A stretch of DNA of 28,308 nt from a virus (IMGVR_UViG_3300027406_000009:1-28308), one strand, 5' to 3'; counted from the stretch's first letter, positions 1-9,122 are shown. Program-made: numbers and translations. Notes: generated by a model not told the origin, from the sequence alone.

Positions 1-99
1 GTTACAAGGTCAATTGATAAAGTTGGCGAAAGCGTCGACGGGACGAGTTCTGCTGTCGGAGGCTTAACAGGACAACTCGACAAGATGACCGGAGGAGCC
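1..99. repeat. 99-bp terminal direct repeat, copy 1 (circular assembly overlap)
   Basis: 1-99 is identical to 28210-28308 (GTTACAAGGTC...GGAGGAGCC) and falls inside an ORF that reads across the junction. Confidence 0.95.
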
Positions 100-1539
100 G
101 TGACAGGCTTTCGAAATATGGTCGGAGGGTTAAAGGGTGGGGTCGCTGGATTGAAGTCATTTAAAGTTGCTCTTGCTGCAACCGGAATCGGTCTTCTTCT
201 TGTCGCTATCGGCTCGCTTGTTTCCTTTTTCACAAGCACAAAGAGAGGAGCGGAGCAACTCAAAGTCGCAACGCAAGCACTTGGAGCCGCGTTCGATGTT
301 ATCCGAGATCGTATCTCCAAATTCGGTGGGGCGTTGGTCAAGTTTTTCACGGGTGACTTCAAAGGCGCGTTGGATGATGTAAAGGGCGCATTCACAGGAA
401 TTACCGACGAGATTATTCGAGAGACCAAAGCCGCAGGAGACTTACAAAAGGCAATGAATGCTCTCAAGGACGAAGAGCGGGACTTCATTAAACAACGCGC
501 AGAGACAAACAAACTCATCGCAGAAGCTCGCCTTCTCGCTGAAGATGACACCCTCGCAGTTGAGGAACGTATCGAAGCACTTCAACGGGCGGTTGACCTC
601 GAGCAAGAGACGGTCGCACGACAAATCGAATTAGCTGAAGAGAGGGCGAGAATAGCACGGGAACAAGTCGCACTCGGGGAAAGCATGGAGGAAGATTTGC
701 AAGCGGTTGCAGAAGCAGAGGCGGCAGTCATCGACTTGCAAACGGCATCCCTTCGAACACAGAAGAGACTGCAAACAGAACTCAACTCGCTGAAGGTGGA
801 GGGCATCACCAAGGCACACGAGGCAATGAAGGCAGAGATCGACCTCGCGAATGCGACGGTCAAGGCTATGGAGGAGCGAAAGAAAGCCGAACAAGGTACA
901 CTCCAAGTAACCCAAGAGACAGCAGAAGCAACGCTCCAAACACGGACAACAAGTTTCGCGGATCAAGTCCTCGGGTCACAGACCACAGAGGAACAAATTC
1001 GCCAACAGCGGAAACAGACATTTGAGGACTTCTTAAACGGCGCGGAACTCGTAGGAATTCAGGGAGTTGAAATGGCATCCGCTGCGTTGGGTGCTTTGTC
1101 ACAATTAAACGAAGCCTTTGCGGGTGAAAGCGAATCGGATCAGAAGAAAGCATTTGAAAGAAACAAGAAGTTTCAAGTCGCTCAAGCCATCATCCAAACG
1201 GGTATGGCTGTCACGGGTGCTTTGACCGCAGGTGGTAACCCTATCAAACTTGCAACCGGAGCGCAATTTGTAGAGGCAGCCATCGCAGCCGCGACGGGAG
1301 TTGCTCAAATAGCAACCATCAAGAAGACTCAATTTGGAAGCGGTTCAACGCCACCACCTCCAGGAAGCAGAGGGGGAGGTGCAACAGGAGCAATTCCGCA
1401 AAGCCCACAACTCGACCTCGGGTTCTTAGGAGCCGGAGCAGGACAAGCGGGCTTGAGGAGTTACGTCATTGCCTCGGAAGTATCGAACAGCCAACAGGCG
1501 AACCAACGAATAAACGATCAAGCATCATTAGTAGGATGA
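1..1539 (+). CDS. Putative tape measure protein, 3' part. True start is ATG 28162; about 528 aa across the junction.
   Basis: Frame is open from base 1. Ala/Gly-rich segment KVALAATGIGLLLVAIGSL, long helical E/A/K/Q-rich core, and a C-terminal AAAT..AQIATI segment typical of TMPs. Confidence 0.75.
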   Translation, partial: VTRSIDKVGESVDGTSSAVGGLTGQLDKMTGGAVTGFRNMVGGLKGGVAGLKSFKVALAATGIGLLLVAIGSLVSFFTSTKRGAEQLKVATQALGAAFDVIRDRISKFGGALVKFFTGDFKGALDDVKGAFTGITDEIIRETKAAGDLQKAMNALKDEERDFIKQRAETNKLIAEARLLAEDDTLAVEERIEALQRAVDLEQETVARQIELAEERARIAREQVALGESMEEDLQAVAEAEAAVIDLQTASLRTQKRLQTELNSLKVEGITKAHEAMKAEIDLANATVKAMEERKKAEQGTLQVTQETAEATLQTRTTSFADQVLGSQTTEEQIRQQRKQTFEDFLNGAELVGIQGVEMASAALGALSQLNEAFAGESESDQKKAFERNKKFQVAQAIIQTGMAVTGALTAGGNPIKLATGAQFVEAAIAAATGVAQIATIKKTQFGSGSTPPPPGSRGGGATGAIPQSPQLDLGFLGAGAGQAGLRSYVIASEVSNSQQANQRINDQASLVG

Positions 1540-2477
1540 ACATTATTGAACTCATAATCGACGAAGAAGCGGAGATGTACGGAATCGACGCAATTTCACT
1601 TGTAGAACAACCCGCCATTGAATCGGACTTCGTAGCTCTCAAGAACGAGCAAATCCAATTCAAGACCCAAGACAATGAGAAGCGTCTTGTCATGGGTGCG
1701 GCACTCATTCCCGACAAACCTATCTACCGAAAGAACGGGGAGGAGGAATATTACGTCTACTTTTCAAAGAAGACCGTACGTCGTGCGATGGAACTCTACT
1801 TCAAAAACGGCAACCAAGCGAACGCGACCCTCGAACACGAGCATACGTTGAACGGGTTGCATGTTGTCGAGAGTTGGATCGTCGAAGGAGAGCAGGATAA
1901 AAGCCGGATGTATGGACTCGATGTCCCGGTCGGTACGTGGATGGTCTCAATGAAGGTCGACAACGAAGCGATTTGGGAGAAGTACGTGAAGGAAGGCAGC
2001 GTAAAAGGGTTCTCTATTGAGGGATTCTTCACAAACAAGTACGAACTCGCAAAGGCAACCGTCAAAAAGGACAAGCGATACAAAGAGGGACAGCGCGTCG
2101 ATATGGAGTCTTATAACGATTACCCCGACGGAGTGAAGAACAACGCTAAGAAGGCGGTTGAATGGGCTGAGAAGAACGGGTGGGGGTCATGTGGAACGGG
2201 AGTAGGAAAGCAACGAGCGAACCAACTTGCAAAGGGCGAGAATATCAGCGTCGAAACCATTAAACGGATGAGGTCTTATTTGAGCCGTCACGAAGCTGAC
2301 CTCGAATCGTCAACCTCATTCTCTGACGGATGCGGCTATCTTATGTACATGGCTTGGGGCGGGAAGGCTGCTCTCCGTTGGTCGGAATCCAAACTCAAGG
2401 AATTGGAGCTTCTGTCAGCTATCGAAGTAGAACTCGGACTCGAATATCTTAAAAACCACCTAACGAGTAAGGATTGA
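1536..2477 (+). CDS. XkdF-like putative prohead protease with an extra C-terminal domain
   Basis: AISLVEQPAIE, LIPDKPIYR, EH, ESW, GTWMVSMKV and W..YVKEG.VKGFSIEG motifs; lies directly upstream of scaffold and capsid. Confidence 0.75.
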   Translation: MNIIELIIDEEAEMYGIDAISLVEQPAIESDFVALKNEQIQFKTQDNEKRLVMGAALIPDKPIYRKNGEEEYYVYFSKKTVRRAMELYFKNGNQANATLEHEHTLNGLHVVESWIVEGEQDKSRMYGLDVPVGTWMVSMKVDNEAIWEKYVKEGSVKGFSIEGFFTNKYELAKATVKKDKRYKEGQRVDMESYNDYPDGVKNNAKKAVEWAEKNGWGSCGTGVGKQRANQLAKGENISVETIKRMRSYLSRHEADLESSTSFSDGCGYLMYMAWGGKAALRWSESKLKELELLSAIEVELGLEYLKNHLTSKD

Positions 2478-2497
2478 CCCCTTCAAATCGTTATATA
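2468..2497 (+). promoter_or_regulatory. Candidate late promoter TAAGGA-N16-GTTATATA
   Basis: Similar motif at 18386-18411 and 28002-28030, each upstream of structural genes. Confidence 0.4.
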
Positions 2498-2512
2498 TAA
2501 AAACCCCAGAAG

Positions 2513-3100
2513 ATGACTCTGAAAGAACGCATCTCCGATATCTTCGAAAAGTACAGCGTCGAACTCGCTGTCGAAGAGAAGGAGGAAACACAAGAGGTCG
2601 CATTTGCGACTGCTGTCCTCGATAGCGGACAGGAAATCCAAACCGACGCGGACGCATTCGCTGTCGGTGTTTCTGCTTTTGTCGTGAATGACGAAGGCGA
2701 ACGAATCCCTCTCCCAGATGGAGACTACAAACTCCAGGACGGCTCTTTGCTCGTAGTAGCAGAAGGTGCAGTCGCTGAGATGAAAGAGGCAGAAGCCGAA
2801 GTCGAAGCGGAAGAGGAGAAGGAGGAAGAGATGAAAGCGGAGACCGAAGAGGTTCAAGCATCATCTGAGGTGTTGACTCGAGAAGCTGTTGAAGGCATGA
2901 TTGCCGAAGCTATCGAAGCAACAAAGAAAGAATTCTCTTCACAAATTGAAGAGCGAGACGCGAAGATCACGGAGTTGAGCAAGCAAGCCACCCCGAGCAT
3001 CTCACGCGCCCCAAAGATGGAGGTTCCAACTCCTGTCAACTTGACCGAATTATCAATGAAGGAGCGCATTGCCGCGATCCAAAATCAATTCTCTAAATAA
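2513..3100 (+). CDS. Putative capsid scaffolding protein
   Basis: Very acidic, LPDGDYKL motif, coiled-coil C-terminus; its stop overlaps the capsid start (TAATG). Confidence 0.65.
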   Translation: MTLKERISDIFEKYSVELAVEEKEETQEVAFATAVLDSGQEIQTDADAFAVGVSAFVVNDEGERIPLPDGDYKLQDGSLLVVAEGAVAEMKEAEAEVEAEEEKEEEMKAETEEVQASSEVLTREAVEGMIAEAIEATKKEFSSQIEERDAKITELSKQATPSISRAPKMEVPTPVNLTELSMKERIAAIQNQFSK

Positions 3101-4023
3101 TGGCTAACGCTGTAATTACTTCAAACTACGCAGGCAACGCGGCTCTTCCTTACGTCGCTCCTGCTATCCTCTCAGGCGATACCATCGCAAATGGTTACGT
3201 CGAGGTTCTCGAAAATGTCCGATACAAAGCCAACCTTCGCAAGTTCGACGGTGTTGCTTTGCAAGCGGCTGGATGTGAATTCTCAAACTCAGCCGGCTCT
3301 CTAACTTTGACCGACGTTGTATTGACTACAACAGCACTTCAAGTCAATGAGCAAGTCTGCAACAAAGACCTTCGAACTGCTTGGGAAGCCAACCAGATGC
3401 GCGGTCAATCGTCAAACTCTCCCGCAGACTTCCAAGCGTTTGCCGCTCAATACGTAGCCGCAAAGGTTGCTGAAGGAGTCGAGCGCAACTTGTGGCAGGG
3501 AAACTTTGCTTTTGACGATGGCGGAACCGACGGGACTTATGATTCTTTTGACGGAATTTGCAACTTGATTGTTGCAGGTACTCCAGGACATGAGGACTTG
3601 TTAACTGGTGCAACTACAAGCTCAACAATCCTCGGACGTTTGACAACACTTTCCGCAGATATTCCAGACGTGTTAGCGGGTGACCCCGACACAAAGTTGT
3701 TCATGAGTCGCGCAATGAAGCAGCTTTACTTTACGGCTTTGGCTGGAACTGCTGAGTTGACTTTCCACGCTGCTGAAGCTGCAAACTTCTTTAACGGATA
3801 TGAGATTATCACACCGGGTGGAATGCCGAACGACACATTCATCTTCTCGAAGAAGGAGAATCTGTACTTCGGAACCGACTTGTTGACGGATCACATCGAA
3901 GCGGCTGTCTTGAACTTGATGGGTGTAACGGGTGACGATGTTACTCGAATCATTATGAAGTTTAGCGCAGGGGTTCAAATCGTTGATTTGGGTTCTTTGG
4001 CTGTAGCTCGTCGCTCATCCTAA
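3100..4023 (+). CDS. Putative major capsid protein
   Basis: 307 aa, follows protease and scaffold, followed by a hairpin; N..WQG and NLYFGTDLL motifs resemble capsid proteins of Bacteroidota phages as I recall them. Confidence 0.75.
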   Translation: MANAVITSNYAGNAALPYVAPAILSGDTIANGYVEVLENVRYKANLRKFDGVALQAAGCEFSNSAGSLTLTDVVLTTTALQVNEQVCNKDLRTAWEANQMRGQSSNSPADFQAFAAQYVAAKVAEGVERNLWQGNFAFDDGGTDGTYDSFDGICNLIVAGTPGHEDLLTGATTSSTILGRLTTLSADIPDVLAGDPDTKLFMSRAMKQLYFTALAGTAELTFHAAEAANFFNGYEIITPGGMPNDTFIFSKKENLYFGTDLLTDHIEAAVLNLMGVTGDDVTRIIMKFSAGVQIVDLGSLAVARRSS

Positions 4024-4030
4024 TTCATTC

Positions 4031-4061
4031 GGGGAGGGGCGTAAAATCCCTCCCCTTAATT
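4031..4061 (+). terminator. Stem-loop, probably a weak terminator, after the capsid gene
   Basis: GGGGAGGG (4031-4038) pairs with CCCTCCCC (4048-4055); poor U-tail (TTAATT). Confidence 0.6.
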
Positions 4062-4070
4062 CCCTAAAAA

Positions 4071-4586
4071 ATGGCTTGTACAATTACAATCAACGGCAGG
4101 GCGTTTCCCTGTAAAGATAAAATCGGGGGAATCAAGCGCGTCTGGATTAAGCAATTCGCGTCGGATGACTGGGTTCAAACAGATGGTGAAGTTGCCGCGA
4201 ACTCTTCAGGAATTACACTCTTCGGTTTTGAGATTACGAAGAACAACGGATCACTTCAACAGACGGTGAATGCCTCGGTTGAAAATGGTACTGTTTTCTA
4301 CTCTCAAGTTCTTGAGATGTCTTTGCCTAACTTAACGGAGGGAGACAATCAAGAAATTAAAGACTTGCTGAGTTCTCGCCTAACGGTTTTGGTTCAAGAT
4401 GTCAATGACAATTATCTCGCTATGGGGGTCACAACAGGAGTTGAGGCAACAGGCGGAACAATTGGCACGGGAACGGCAAAGGGTGACTTTAACGGCTATC
4501 AAATCCAATTGACAGCTGAAGAGTCTACACCTGCTCCATTCGCAGACGCAAGCGATACCAACTTGACTTTGACAGCTGGCACTTGA
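4071..4586 (+). CDS. Structural protein, putative major tail protein
   Basis: 171 aa, Thr/Gly-rich beta-type composition; MAC..GR..PCKD.IGGI N-terminus and GTG.AKGDFNGY.I.L.AEE C-terminus; followed by a terminator. Confidence 0.55.
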   Translation: MACTITINGRAFPCKDKIGGIKRVWIKQFASDDWVQTDGEVAANSSGITLFGFEITKNNGSLQQTVNASVENGTVFYSQVLEMSLPNLTEGDNQEIKDLLSSRLTVLVQDVNDNYLAMGVTTGVEATGGTIGTGTAKGDFNGYQIQLTAEESTPAPFADASDTNLTLTAGT

Positions 4587-4615
4587 TTTCATTTTCTTTG
4601 GTTAGAATATAAAGG

Positions 4616-4645
4616 AAGGGGGAGGGCAATAGCCTTCCCTTTTTT
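4616..4645 (+). terminator. Rho-independent terminator
   Basis: GGGGAGGGC-AATA-GCCTTCCCT followed by a T run. Confidence 0.75.
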
Positions 4646-4653
4646 GATTCAAC

Positions 4654-5058
4654 ATGATACACCTCAACCCAAACAGCGCAGACGAGCAGTTCATTTACTT
4701 GACGCTCGCAGAGATGAAAAAAGACTTTGACGCGTTCACGAATTATCTCATAATTTTGGAGAACATGGCAAGCACCGACCAACATGCATTTGTGGGAGAT
4801 GTCGAAGTCGATAACGCTCGATATACAAAAATCAGCGTCTACACGAATCAACCGCTCGGATCATCAAGCCGTGTTCTTCTAACGGAGACAGGTCTCTACA
4901 CGTATAAAGCATACGGACAGAACAGCTCAACGAACCTCAACGCGTCCGATGTTTCGGTTGTTGGACTCCTCGAGCAAGGGACTTTGAACGTAGCGGGTGC
5001 GACAGGCTACGAAATCCCGGATATCAACATCCCCGATAATTACATATATTACCAATAA
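4654..5058 (+). CDS. Hypothetical virion protein
   Basis: 134-aa ORF whose stop overlaps the portal start. Confidence 0.6.
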   Translation: MIHLNPNSADEQFIYLTLAEMKKDFDAFTNYLIILENMASTDQHAFVGDVEVDNARYTKISVYTNQPLGSSSRVLLTETGLYTYKAYGQNSSTNLNASDVSVVGLLEQGTLNVAGATGYEIPDINIPDNYIYYQ

Positions 5059-6689
5059 TGGAATTAATCCAACTCAACCAATACGAAGAGCGATCCTATC
5101 GGGAGACAGCCAACAAGATGGGCTTCGTTAATTACGGAGATGACAACCTCTTCCCGCAATACCTCGTCGACCTCTATCATTCCTCCGCTACTCACAACGC
5201 ATTGTCGACAACTATTGCGATGATGATCTTCGGTGAAGGGTTTGACGCTACGACCCTCGATGGAAGGCTCGCTTTTGACCAATGGAATCTAAACGACGAA
5301 CTCCGGAAGGCTTGTCTGGACTTTAAGATTCAAGGCGGCTTCGCTCTCGAGGTGAATTGGAGCATCGACCGAACGACTATCGCAAACGTCTCTCACCTAC
5401 CTTTTGAGAATATCCGCTCGGGCTTCGTCAATGAAGACGATAAAGTCGAGTACTATTACTACTCGAAGGATTGGAACGATAAGCGAGAAGAGCCGTCGGA
5501 GATATGCACGTTTAACCCTGAGCGTAATATCGAACACCCCACACAGATACTTTACGTGAAGCCGTTCTCTCCGGGTTCGTTCTACTATCCGAAACCGGAC
5601 TATGTCGGCTCGATTAATTACATCGAACTTGATAAAGAAATCGGGGTGTACCATATCAACAACATGAAGAATGGGATGAGTCCTTCGTTCTCCATACACT
5701 TCAAGAACGGCATCCCACCGCAAGAGGAGCGGAACCGAATCCGGATGGATATCGAGAGGCAACTCAGCGGAGCGAGCAACGCGGGCAAGTTCATTGTCAC
5801 GTATTCGGACGATCCCGATAGAAAGCCGGACTTTGAGCCGTTCCAATTGTCGGACGCTCACAATCAATACCAGTTCCTCTCGGAAGAGGTTACTTCGAAG
5901 ATTATGGTCGGACACCGTGTGACCTCTCCGCAAATGTTCGGGGTTGCGGTACCGGGTAAGCTCGGAGGCGGTGGAGAGCTTGCAGAGGCTTCGGAACTCT
6001 TCGAGAAGAATGTCATTGCACCAGCTCGACAAGTGGTCACAGAAGCCGTCAAAACGCTTCTCAATGCCGCTGGTTTAGACGCTCAACTTGTGCAGCTATC
6101 AGAAGAGCCGCAAGAAGTCAATCTCGATGGATGCGTCGACTATCTGACCGACAAAGGAGAAGAGATGTCGGATGAATGGGAATTGATAGACGAATCTCCC
6201 GTCGATTACGACCTTGAGAAAGCACGCGATGCGATGTGGGCTTTTGCTCGAGCAATCGTTCCAGAAGCAAGCAGACCAACAGGTGCAAAGAGCGAACAAG
6301 ATACTGAGATTATCAAAGTTCGTTATACGTACGCACCCGATTCTGTCTCTGATGATAGTCGCGATTTCTGCAAAAAGATGGTCTCATCGGGTCGGGTTTA
6401 CAGAAAGGAAGACATCGAAGCGGCAAGCCAAAGAGCCGTGAATCCCGGACTCGGTGCAAATGGTGCAAATACTTACGACCTCTTTCTCTTTAAAGGCGGC
6501 GCACGATGCCACCATTTTTGGAAAAGACGAACGTACCTCCGCAAGAACAACAAGAAGATCTCGGTCAACCAAGCGAAGAAACTCATCCGAGAAGCGGGAG
6601 TCGATGCGAAGCGTCTACCCGAGAACGATAAGCGAGTCGCACAACGTCCCATCGATATGCCAAACGAAGGTTTCATAAATCCCCGATAA
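5058..6689 (+). CDS. Portal protein with about 200-aa C-terminal extension
   Basis: YGDDNLFPQYL, S.THNA, YYPKPDY, N.MKNGMSPS, LSGASNAGK and GHRVTSP.MFG portal motifs in the first ~345 aa. Confidence 0.8.
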   Translation: MELIQLNQYEERSYRETANKMGFVNYGDDNLFPQYLVDLYHSSATHNALSTTIAMMIFGEGFDATTLDGRLAFDQWNLNDELRKACLDFKIQGGFALEVNWSIDRTTIANVSHLPFENIRSGFVNEDDKVEYYYYSKDWNDKREEPSEICTFNPERNIEHPTQILYVKPFSPGSFYYPKPDYVGSINYIELDKEIGVYHINNMKNGMSPSFSIHFKNGIPPQEERNRIRMDIERQLSGASNAGKFIVTYSDDPDRKPDFEPFQLSDAHNQYQFLSEEVTSKIMVGHRVTSPQMFGVAVPGKLGGGGELAEASELFEKNVIAPARQVVTEAVKTLLNAAGLDAQLVQLSEEPQEVNLDGCVDYLTDKGEEMSDEWELIDESPVDYDLEKARDAMWAFARAIVPEASRPTGAKSEQDTEIIKVRYTYAPDSVSDDSRDFCKKMVSSGRVYRKEDIEAASQRAVNPGLGANGANTYDLFLFKGGARCHHFWKRRTYLRKNNKKISVNQAKKLIREAGVDAKRLPENDKRVAQRPIDMPNEGFINPR

Positions 6690-7249
6690 TGTCACTACAA
6701 GCAGAAGTTCTCTTTGTGAATCCGGATTACATCAAGCGGATCACCAACATAAACGGAAGCATCGAAGACGCTTATCTCGTTCCTTCGATTATCCTCTCTC
6801 AAGACAAGTACATCCAACTCTATCTCGGTACCGACCTCCTCGAGAAGCTGAAGACCGATATCTCGGGCAGTGGGTTGACGGGCGATTACGCTACTTTGAT
6901 GAATGATTACGTTCGCAAGGCAACACTTTGGTGGACGATGGTTGAACTTATCCCGTCTCTTTACGTGAAGATGGACAACGGCTCGCTCGTTTTAAGGGTG
7001 TCTGAGTCCACTCAAACCATCTCACCGGATGACTTACATAGGGAAGTGGAAAGAGCGCGTCAGAACGCCCAATTCTACACGTACCGAATGTATCAATATC
7101 TCTGCAACAACTCCTCTTTGTTTCCTGAGTACAGTTCAAACACGGGTGCGGATATGCTCCCGCAGCCTGCGGACTACTTCCAGAGCGGGATGAGCATAAG
7201 CAGCGGAGGCGTTCCAAACATCGTAGACCTCAAGCAATATTTCGGATGA
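6689..7249 (+). CDS. Hypothetical virion protein, possible head-tail adaptor
   Basis: Helical 186-aa ORF coupled to the portal (TAATG); function inferred from position only. Confidence 0.5.
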   Translation: MSLQAEVLFVNPDYIKRITNINGSIEDAYLVPSIILSQDKYIQLYLGTDLLEKLKTDISGSGLTGDYATLMNDYVRKATLWWTMVELIPSLYVKMDNGSLVLRVSESTQTISPDDLHREVERARQNAQFYTYRMYQYLCNNSSLFPEYSSNTGADMLPQPADYFQSGMSISSGGVPNIVDLKQYFG

Positions 7250-7374
7250 GAAAGAGCCGAAAAGAAAACATCACCTTATTGAAAAAGTTCCTCGATGACC
7301 TCGACCGAAATAATTCTAATGATACTCCCAAGCGCAATCGCGATCGTGGGAGTTTGGGTAAACCTAAACCGTGA
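7246..7374 (+). CDS. Small basic hypothetical protein (42 aa, MRKSRKENITLLKKFL...)
   Basis: ATGA overlap with the upstream stop; below the ORF-track size cutoff. Confidence 0.4.
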   Translation: MRKSRKENITLLKKFLDDLDRNNSNDTPKRNRDRGSLGKPKP

Positions 7375-7495
7375 AATTGAGAAGCTCAAGGGGCGAATCA
7401 TCCGCGTGGAGAGCGATAAAGACGAACTCAAAGACATGATGAAGGAAGTCGTGAAGGCAGTTCACAAGATCGAACTCATGCTCGCGGAACGATGA
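7295..7495 (+). CDS. Small membrane protein (N-terminal TM helix plus coiled coil), holin-like
   Basis: IILMILPSAIAIVGVWV hydrophobic stretch; ATGA overlap with the endolysin. Confidence 0.55.
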   Translation: MTSTEIILMILPSAIAIVGVWVNLNREIEKLKGRIIRVESDKDELKDMMKEVVKAVHKIELMLAER

Positions 7496-7863
7496 GACAC
7501 TTCAAACTGAGAGAATTCGATTCTCCCGACGCTCCAGGCTCGGGACGTATGATGGACAGGGGCTTTCTTCGGTTGCTCGATGAGGCTCGAGATTGCGCTT
7601 CAATTCCGTTTGTAATTTCTTCGGGCTTTCGCACGGTTGATTACAACCGCTCCCTCATTGCCAAGGGTTTACCCGCTTCACGTAACTCCTCGCACCTTTT
7701 AGGACTCGCAGCAGATATCGAAGTCCTCAATTCGCAAGACCGTTTTATCATCATTGACTCGTTGATGGAAGTCGGCATCACCCGGTTGGGCATAGGCAAG
7801 AATTTCATACACTGCGATATAGACGAGATGAAACCCGAAAACCGAATCTGGACATATGCATGA
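7492..7863 (+). CDS. Peptidase M15 family endolysin
   Basis: HFKLREF, ISSGFRT, SSH..G.AADI and FIH.D zinc-binding motifs. Confidence 0.85.
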   Translation: MRHFKLREFDSPDAPGSGRMMDRGFLRLLDEARDCASIPFVISSGFRTVDYNRSLIAKGLPASRNSSHLLGLAADIEVLNSQDRFIIIDSLMEVGITRLGIGKNFIHCDIDEMKPENRIWTYA

Positions 7864-8704
7864 TTTAATAACCAAAGACCGGGACATTCACGTTCTCCCG
7901 TTCGAGTTTGAGAACTCCGAAGACGTGCGAAGTGTTTACCTGCTCTCAGACATTCACTTCGATTCTGTAAAGTGCGACCGCAAACTCTTTTTTAAACACC
8001 TCGACAGAGCCAAAGAAGAGAATGCGGTTGTTTTGATTCTGGGAGATTTGTACGATTTGATGAATATGAAGTTCGATCCGCGCGGCTCTTACGACTCGCT
8101 GCGACCAGAACTCAAAGCCATGGCTTATATCGATGAGGTCATCAAGGACTGCACCGATAAACTCGAACCATATAAGGATATCATCAAGCTCATTGGACAG
8201 GGTAACCACGAGACCAATATCACCAAACGACATGGGGTTGATCCTATCCAACGAACGGTGGGCATCCTAAACGCTAACGGAGGGAATATCATCGCGGGAT
8301 ATTATGCGGGATGGGTGGTTATGAAATGCAGCCGCAAAGGAAAGGGAACGCGAAAGAGTTTCCCTATTCATTACCATCACGGTTACGGAGGCAATGCCAA
8401 ACGCTCCAAGGGTGTTCTGAACGTGGACATAGATATGAAGGACTACCCTCAGGCGGTTATCATTGCACGCGGTCACACCCATCAAAAGTGGTATGTCCCC
8501 GTAATGCGCGACGTACTGACCTCCAACTTCAATCACGGACAAGAGACCGTTCACGTAGTTCAAACGGGATCATACAAGAAGAAAGACCGTTCTATCGGGT
8601 GGGAAGTTGAAAAGGGCTTCTCGGTTCCTCGGTTGGGCGGTTGGAAGTTTTCAATCAAGCCTCACGGCACTTCATACGATATACAATGCGAGGAACTCCA
8701 CTAA
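7856..8704 (+). CDS. Calcineurin-like metallophosphoesterase
   Basis: SDIH, GD..D, GNHE, HHG and GHTH motifs in canonical order. Confidence 0.85.
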   Translation: MHDLITKDRDIHVLPFEFENSEDVRSVYLLSDIHFDSVKCDRKLFFKHLDRAKEENAVVLILGDLYDLMNMKFDPRGSYDSLRPELKAMAYIDEVIKDCTDKLEPYKDIIKLIGQGNHETNITKRHGVDPIQRTVGILNANGGNIIAGYYAGWVVMKCSRKGKGTRKSFPIHYHHGYGGNAKRSKGVLNVDIDMKDYPQAVIIARGHTHQKWYVPVMRDVLTSNFNHGQETVHVVQTGSYKKKDRSIGWEVEKGFSVPRLGGWKFSIKPHGTSYDIQCEELH

Positions 8705-9114
8705 AAGAAACAAAGCTTGGCAAATGGTTCAAAGAGAAAAGTCCGAAGGTGTTCAGCCTCATTGCGGAGGTTGTCCCCGGTGCGGACGTCCTGCACACAA
8801 TCAGTGCATTAATCGACAGCACCGACACAAGCGCAGAAGAAAAGGTGAAAGCTCGAATGATGATGAGTGAATTCGCAAACGCGGACAGAGCCAACGCAAG
8901 GAATCGAGAGATAGAAATCACCAAGACACTGGGACAACGTGATTGGATGCAAGTCTTTGTCGGTTCGGCTGCTATGATCATCGGGATTGTTATGGTTGTA
9001 TGGGCGAAGACAGGGGTGCAGGATAAAGAAATCTTCTTCCATATCCTCGGGTTTGCGGAAGGGACGCTCGTTGGTCAGGTGGTGAATTATTATTTCGGGG
9101 CATCAAAAAAGTAG
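8686..9114 (+). CDS. Putative holin (GTA-type 3TM holin-like)
   Basis: DR.NAR.RE motif, two hydrophobic helices, C-terminal YYFG.S; ATG 8686 preferred over TTG 8641. Confidence 0.65.
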   Translation: MRGTPLKETKLGKWFKEKSPKVFSLIAEVVPGADVLHTISALIDSTDTSAEEKVKARMMMSEFANADRANARNREIEITKTLGQRDWMQVFVGSAAMIIGIVMVVWAKTGVQDKEIFFHILGFAEGTLVGQVVNYYFGASKK

Positions 9115-9122
9115 TATATTCG

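Noticed and set aside
1-99. Biological direct terminal repeat
   Set aside because: It is exactly 99 nt, a common assembler k-mer size, and lies mid-gene. It is better explained as circular contig overlap.
4380-4592. Minus-strand ORF starting at the CAT within the antisense element
   Set aside because: It lies antisense to the tail gene and the protein looks non-biological. It remains an alternative explanation for the start-like sequence but is less likely.
5397-6032. 211-aa minus-strand ORF and the other minus-strand ORFs
   Set aside because: They shadow well-supported plus-strand genes and show no recognisable motifs or expression signals.
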